From Colwellia polaris (lineage in GTDB: Archaea; Nanohalarchaeota; Nanosalinia; Nanosalinales; Nanosalinaceae), in NCBI GenBank assembly GCA_047617785.1, contig JBLGBK010000016.1, forward strand, positions 1-11,770: a stretch of 11,770 nucleotides of DNA, written 5' to 3'. The notes beneath the pieces were generated by a model that was not told the DNA's origin, searched no databases, and saw only the letters and a list, made by a program, of their open reading frames with translations. The position numbers and the translations under genes are program-made. Positions 7,519-11,770 of the stretch are shown one piece after another. Numbering within the stretch: position 1 is the stretch's first letter; the number at the start of each line of letters is the position of its first letter.

Positions 7519-7559
7519 AGATCATAATTATTTCCGGAGAGAATTATAAGGTGCGGATA

Positions 7560-8450
7560 TCAAAGCAGTTCCTGTAGCTTGTCGCCGATTTCATGATGTA
7601 CATCTACTACATGTGCACCGGCGTCACGCAGCTTCTTCTCCTTGTGCGACGGTTTTCCTCTTTCTCCACGTATGATTGCTCCTGCGTGTCCGTACTGCTG
7701 CGAAGGCATGTCTTCGGTGAATTGTCCCGCTATGAACGCGATCAATGGTTTGGAGAACCCTCCTGATTCAAGGAATTCTGCTGCTTTTTCTTCATATGTT
7801 CCCCCAAGTTCTCCGTATATTACTACTGCTTCTGTCTGGTCGTCTTCTTCGAACATTTTCAGCGCATCCTCGAATGTTGTTCCGGCGATGACGTCACCTC
7901 CGAGACCTGCTGCGGTTGATACGCCGTAACCTGCCTGGCGTACGACCCATGCAGTTTCTGTTGTCATTCCTCCAGATTTGGATATTATTCCCACTTTTCC
8001 TGGTTTGTAGACTTTTCCCGGTTCGTTTCCTCCTATAGGCCCGAGCTTCGCCTCTCCTGGAGTTATTATTCCTACTGAAGTTGGCCCTACCATCGTTGCG
8101 TTTTCCTGCTGTACCTTCTGGTATACTTGCCATGCGTCTTTAGTCGGTATTCTTTCTGTTATGACATTGAGTGTTTTTATGCCGTTTTCCAGTGCTTCGA
8201 ATATTGCGTCTTTGGCTGCGAAAGGAGGCACGTATATCAGCGAGGCATTGATTTCTGGATGTTCTCCAAGAGCTTCTGCGACCGTGTCATAGACTGGAAC
8301 ACTCTCGACCTCCTGTCCTCCTTTGCCAGGAGTTACCCCTGCAATAACGTCGGTTCCGTATTCGATCATCTCCGGTACTTTTTCACTAGCCTCCCTCCCC
8401 GTAATTCCTTGTACCAGCACTTTCGTATCTCCATCTACCAGTATTGACAT
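7560..8450 (-). CDS. ccsB: Succinyl-CoA synthetase alpha (SucD)-family protein, most likely citryl-CoA synthetase small subunit
   Basis: CoA-binding VQGITG and AGVTPGKGG; phospho-His GHAGA. Has GPTSVG and SKSGGMTTE (ACL/CCS-like) instead of SucD GPNCPG and SRSGTLTYE. SD AGGTGA upstream. Family is certain; substrate is inferred. Confidence 0.8.
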   Translation of the reverse strand: MSILVDGDTKVLVQGITGREASEKVPEMIEYGTDVIAGVTPGKGGQEVESVPVYDTVAEALGEHPEINASLIYVPPFAAKDAIFEALENGIKTLNVITERIPTKDAWQVYQKVQQENATMVGPTSVGIITPGEAKLGPIGGNEPGKVYKPGKVGIISKSGGMTTETAWVVRQAGYGVSTAAGLGGDVIAGTTFEDALKMFEEDDQTEAVVIYGELGGTYEEKAAEFLESGGFSKPLIAFIAGQFTEDMPSQQYGHAGAIIRGERGKPSHKEKKLRDAGAHVVDVHHEIGDKLQELL

Positions 8451-9071
8451 CTAGTCATTCACCTTTTGAAGCGCTTTGGAGACGTTCTCATAATCCAGTT
8501 TTTCTATCTGTAAACCTTCAGTGCTCGATCCGAAAGTATGGAATTCTTTAACCCATACAAAGTCCATACCGGTTTTTTCAGCTGCTTTATCTCTGTCAAC
8601 GTAGTTTCCGAAGTAGACAAAGTTCTCTGCCGGTTCTTCACGTTCTTGGAGAAACGCCTTGAATATCTTAGCATCAGGTTTTTCCACACCTACTTCAGCC
8701 GAGACTTTGAAACCTCTGTAACCTATGCCTGCTTCCTCAAAGTTCTGTTTGTAGAACTTCTTGGCCTCCTTGCTGTTGTCGCTTATGAAGCCCACCGGCC
8801 CATATTCCTCGTTTATCTCCTTTACTTCAGGCAGGATCTTCCGTTTCAGATAATTTGATTTCCATTCAAGATAGGACTGCGTAATATCTTCTGCATTTCC
8901 GTTAAGGTTGTTTTCCTGCAGCCATTTATCCACCTGTTCTGGTACATAGATGTTGTATTTGTTGATATCCATCTCTGGAGCATTTTCTACATGCTGCTGT
9001 ATTATTTCGTTTATCTTGCTGTGTGAAGGTACAAGCGTGTCTCCTATATCGAATACTGGTATCTTAGTCAA
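8451..9071 (-). CDS. HAD-superfamily hydrolase (subfamily IA-like), paralogue 2
   Basis: Motifs FDIGDTL, ISDN, KPD..IF and GNYVDRD. TTG start with AGGTGA SD (9081-9086), overlapping the upstream HAD gene by 8 bp. Confidence 0.85.
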   Translation of the reverse strand: MTKIPVFDIGDTLVPSHSKINEIIQQHVENAPEMDINKYNIYVPEQVDKWLQENNLNGNAEDITQSYLEWKSNYLKRKILPEVKEINEEYGPVGFISDNSKEAKKFYKQNFEEAGIGYRGFKVSAEVGVEKPDAKIFKAFLQEREEPAENFVYFGNYVDRDKAAEKTGMDFVWVKEFHTFGSSTEGLQIEKLDYENVSKALQKVND

Positions 9072-9711
9072 GGTTCTGTATCACCTGTTTGAGCTGTCTA
9101 AAATTGAGTTGATTGATTCTAGGTCCCTCAAAACTGGAGTTTACGGTATCAAACTGCGTTGTCCATATAAACTGCATTCCTGCGTCAAGTGCTCCTGCAT
9201 CCCGGTTCGCATCGTTGCCTATGTAGACGAAATCTTCTGCGCTTTCACTTCTCTGCTCTACAAACGAGTTAAATATCTGCGGATCTGGTTTCTCAACCCC
9301 TACTTCGTCTGATACAACGATTTTATCGTAGTCAACGTTATGTCTGTCGAGCTTTGCTTCCAGAAGATGTTTGGCTCTGACGGTGTTATCGCTTATTATA
9401 CCTATAGTTCCAAACTTGCGGTTGCATCGTGCTAGGATATCAAATACGTTATTTTCAATCAATAGATCTTCGAAAGCATCAAGATAGCGGTGTCTGCAGG
9501 TGTGTGCTATTTCTTCTGGATCTCCCGTTAGTTCATATTTTCTAAGGTATTCCTCGATCTCTGTAGGATCGTACATCATAAACTTGTCCGGATCAAATTC
9601 GTGGACTGGTTCATGGTTGCGCTGACGTAGTTCATCCTCTATAACATGCTCTACAAATCTTCGTGAGGGTACTAGTGTATCTCCTATATCAAATACAGGT
9701 ATTCTGCTCAT
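9064..9711 (-). CDS. HAD-superfamily hydrolase (subfamily IA-like), paralogue 1
   Basis: Motifs FDIGDTL, ISDN, KPDPQIF and GNDANRD. TAATG overlap with the upstream ligase gene and a GGAGG SD. Confidence 0.87.
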   Translation of the reverse strand: MSRIPVFDIGDTLVPSRRFVEHVIEDELRQRNHEPVHEFDPDKFMMYDPTEIEEYLRKYELTGDPEEIAHTCRHRYLDAFEDLLIENNVFDILARCNRKFGTIGIISDNTVRAKHLLEAKLDRHNVDYDKIVVSDEVGVEKPDPQIFNSFVEQRSESAEDFVYIGNDANRDAGALDAGMQFIWTTQFDTVNSSFEGPRINQLNFRQLKQVIQNLD

Positions 9712-10853
9712 TATTCCTCCTCCGTGTATTCTTCAACCAGCTCCATCAAGTCTTCTGCGCTTTCCGTCATTGGTTTATCGTTTCTAAACAGCTGCATGTT
9801 AAGATCGAGTTTTTCTTTCTTTTCGCGTAACATTTCGAACGCTTTATCTGCGTTCGGTCCATCGCGCCGAATAACAATTGGGTAATCAGGCTCAACTTCT
9901 TCTAGTGCTTTTACGAATCCCTTCATAGTTCTGTAGATATCGGTGTTGTTTGCTGTACCTCCTACATGCCAGAGACCGTTCAATCCTGGTTTACTCATGA
10001 TAACCTTGCTGAGTCTGTAGACTTTCTCTGTCGGCGGATTGCCGCCGTATTCAGTATAGTTTGCTGGTTTGCCTCCGTACTCGATCAGTGCATCCATGTT
10101 TGTTAGGCTGGCTCCTCCTCCAGCCAACATCATGCCTATATCGCCGTCTAGTTCTGTGTATTTACCTGCTACGCCCCTGTGGTCGTCTTCATCTATTTTC
10201 TCGGCTTCAAGTTCTCTTTCTGTTTTTTGCTCCCCTGTCGCTGTTCTTTCCGGGAATTCCCTATCGTGCCTGTAAGCTGCATCATCCTCCAAATCCATCA
10301 TAGCGTCGAGAACCACGTAATCTTCTTCTGTTTCCGCAAGAGGATTGATTTCCAGCAGTCTTGCATCTTCTTCTAGAAATGCTTTAAACAGTTTCTGTAG
10401 CGTGCTGCCGAGCCCAATTATCTTTTTACCTTCGAAACCTTGTTCTTTAAGAAACTGGCGAAATCTGAAACTTGATCCGTCTTTCAATACAAGTTTACTG
10501 GCTTCTCTATCTTCAATACCTGTTCCTCCTTCGCTTGAGAAAATCATAACCGGATTACGTGTATCTGTGTCGTACATAAAAGATACATAGTATTCTCCTT
10601 CAAAATCTAGTTTTTTCTCTACCAGAACTTCTTCAGGTTCGACGCCTTTGAACTCTGCACCCATCATCTCATGTTTCAGTGCTTCTGCCTCCTCCACATT
10701 TTTCGCAAACTGAATCGCATCCATTTCCATTCTATTGTTTGCCAGTATCTGTGCCTTAACGACATATTCTTGCGCAGAGTCTAGTTGCTGCGAGGGCGTC
10801 TTCAAGCCATGTTTTTGCAGAATCTGTTTGGCTTCGTGTTCGTGGAGTTTCAT
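9711..10853 (-). CDS. ccsA: Succinyl-CoA synthetase beta (SucC)/ATP-citrate lyase-family ATP-grasp protein, most likely citryl-CoA synthetase large subunit
   Basis: MKLHEHEAK, VVKAQ, EGG.GIE, LLEINPL and LDA mark the ATP-grasp part. The C-terminal domain has AGGGAS, ANYTEYGGNP, GGTANNTD and RRDGPN, matching ACL citrate-binding motifs rather than SucC NGAGL, NFLDVGG, GGI.RCD and RL.GTN. Confidence 0.82.
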   Translation of the reverse strand: MKLHEHEAKQILQKHGLKTPSQQLDSAQEYVVKAQILANNRMEMDAIQFAKNVEEAEALKHEMMGAEFKGVEPEEVLVEKKLDFEGEYYVSFMYDTDTRNPVMIFSSEGGTGIEDREASKLVLKDGSSFRFRQFLKEQGFEGKKIIGLGSTLQKLFKAFLEEDARLLEINPLAETEEDYVVLDAMMDLEDDAAYRHDREFPERTATGEQKTERELEAEKIDEDDHRGVAGKYTELDGDIGMMLAGGGASLTNMDALIEYGGKPANYTEYGGNPPTEKVYRLSKVIMSKPGLNGLWHVGGTANNTDIYRTMKGFVKALEEVEPDYPIVIRRDGPNADKAFEMLREKKEKLDLNMQLFRNDKPMTESAEDLMELVEEYTEEE

Positions 10854-10881
10854 AAGATGCAGGGCTCTGGGTTAAGTTTGT

Positions 10882-11427
10882 TTATCGGCCGTTATAAGAT
10901 GCATCATATTCTAGAACGCCTTCATCAATATCAAGAAATACTCCCGAGGTTCTGCCCTCTTCAATATTCCAGAAGATTTTGGCATCTGAGAAATAATTCT
11001 TAGCAAATTCTTCTGCTACACTTTGCTTGGCCCCCTCCTCGATTAACTCATCTAATTCTCGTTCTTCGTCTATAAAGTATTCAGAAACGGTGGAGCTGTA
11101 ATCAATTCCCGCAATCATAATCTCAGAATTTCCATAGTCGATTCCATCTATGTCTAGCATAGTGTTGAACTCTGATAGATATTCAGCGAGTTCAGTGGCG
11201 TCCTTGTCTGCAGTTTTAACGTGAGCTGCATAACCCACTTCGGAAGAAGAATCATAGACTGCTAATCCCAGGCATTTGCTTAGGCCTACTATAGCAAGTT
11301 CGCCAGAGTCTGCTCTTGCCATATCGTCATTAATACCCGATATTTCTGTTCTTTGATTGTCCTCAGAAACTAGATCTTGATCCCAGCTTAATGAATCATT
11401 TTCAAGATCTTCTTTAATCGTACTCAT
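10882..11427 (-). CDS. CheD-like (Cys/His) deamidase-fold protein
   Basis: GLSKCLGLAVYDSSSEVGYAAHV parallels CheD LGSCV..ALYD....GG.AH, with a later IMIAG. Very acidic; no che genes nearby in the window. Confidence 0.6.
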   Translation of the reverse strand: MSTIKEDLENDSLSWDQDLVSEDNQRTEISGINDDMARADSGELAIVGLSKCLGLAVYDSSSEVGYAAHVKTADKDATELAEYLSEFNTMLDIDGIDYGNSEIMIAGIDYSSTVSEYFIDEERELDELIEEGAKQSVAEEFAKNYFSDAKIFWNIEEGRTSGVFLDIDEGVLEYDASYNGR

Positions 11428-11597
11428 ACGTATATATGGAAGTGTAAGGAAAATCTTAATAAACGTTAGAGACGAGCCTATAAGGCAAAATAAGACAAGT
11501 AGCCTATTTTCAGAGATAGTTTTATGCTACTATATGTAGTCGAACAGTTCTTTTGAATCGAAATAAAGAGTTTATGAGTCGAGGACATATTTTCGAT

Positions 11598-11770
11598 ATG
11601 GTAGAAAAACAGGGTAGAGGAGAAATTAGGAGTTCAGTAGGGGCGTTTATCTTAAGCCTTATAACTGGTGCTCTAAGTATCTATGCCGGAGCTTATATCG
11701 TATTTGGTTCGGCAAGCATAAGTACTGCTATCCTCGTTGCATTGATTGGTTCTGCAGTCTGGGGAGTAGT
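11598..11770 (+). CDS. Membrane protein, truncated at the window end
   Basis: Not in the ORF track. ATG 11598 opens MVEKQGRGEIRSSVGAFILSLITGALSIYAGAYIVFGSASISTAILVALIGSAVWGV, open to the edge with two hydrophobic segments. TTTATG TATA candidate at 11571-11576. Confidence 0.75.
   Translation, partial: MVEKQGRGEIRSSVGAFILSLITGALSIYAGAYIVFGSASISTAILVALIGSAVWGV

Noticed and set aside
7560-10853. Annotation as ordinary succinyl-CoA synthetase sucCD
   Set aside because: SucC/SucD substrate-site motifs (NGAGL, NFLDVGG, GPNCPG, SRSGTL) are replaced by ACL/CCS-type motifs, and a CCL-type gene is nearby.
10852-10903. 10-bp direct repeat ATAAGATGCA at 10852-10861 and 10894-10903
   Set aside because: Only two copies, one inside a coding region, with no element between them; plausibly chance.
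7364-11003. Short plus-strand and off-frame ORFs within DUF302, ccsB, the HADs and ccsA
   Set aside because: Shadow ORFs of well-supported genes, with atypical non-acidic composition.
11428-11597. Possible ncRNA or CRISPR in the 170-bp intergenic gap
   Set aside because: AT-rich with no repeats or stable GC stems seen; adequately explained by two divergent promoters.

Overview
Archaeal genomic DNA, most likely from a DPANN nanohaloarchaeon. This is inferred from archaeal ribosomal/RNAP genes, TATA-type promoters, Glu/Asp-rich proteins, GC visibly lower than typical Halobacteria, and very tight gene packing. From left to right the window holds: an rpl18e-rpl13-rps9-rpoN operon; an MFS transporter; NUDIX and HIT hydrolases; a helical protein with an ESCRT-III/PspA-like layout and a small PH-like protein; tRNA-Glu(TTC); a type IV pilin; and a bPH_2 membrane protein. 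Next comes a metabolic cluster that would probably be auto-annotated as sucCD plus citrate synthase. Its motifs instead match the split ATP-citrate lyase system (citryl-CoA synthetase large and small subunits plus a stand-alone citryl-CoA lyase). Two paralogous HAD hydrolases are tightly packed between the synthetase subunits, and an orphan CheD-like deamidase lies just upstream. The window ends in a truncated membrane-protein gene. All calls come from motif recognition by eye; no searches were run.
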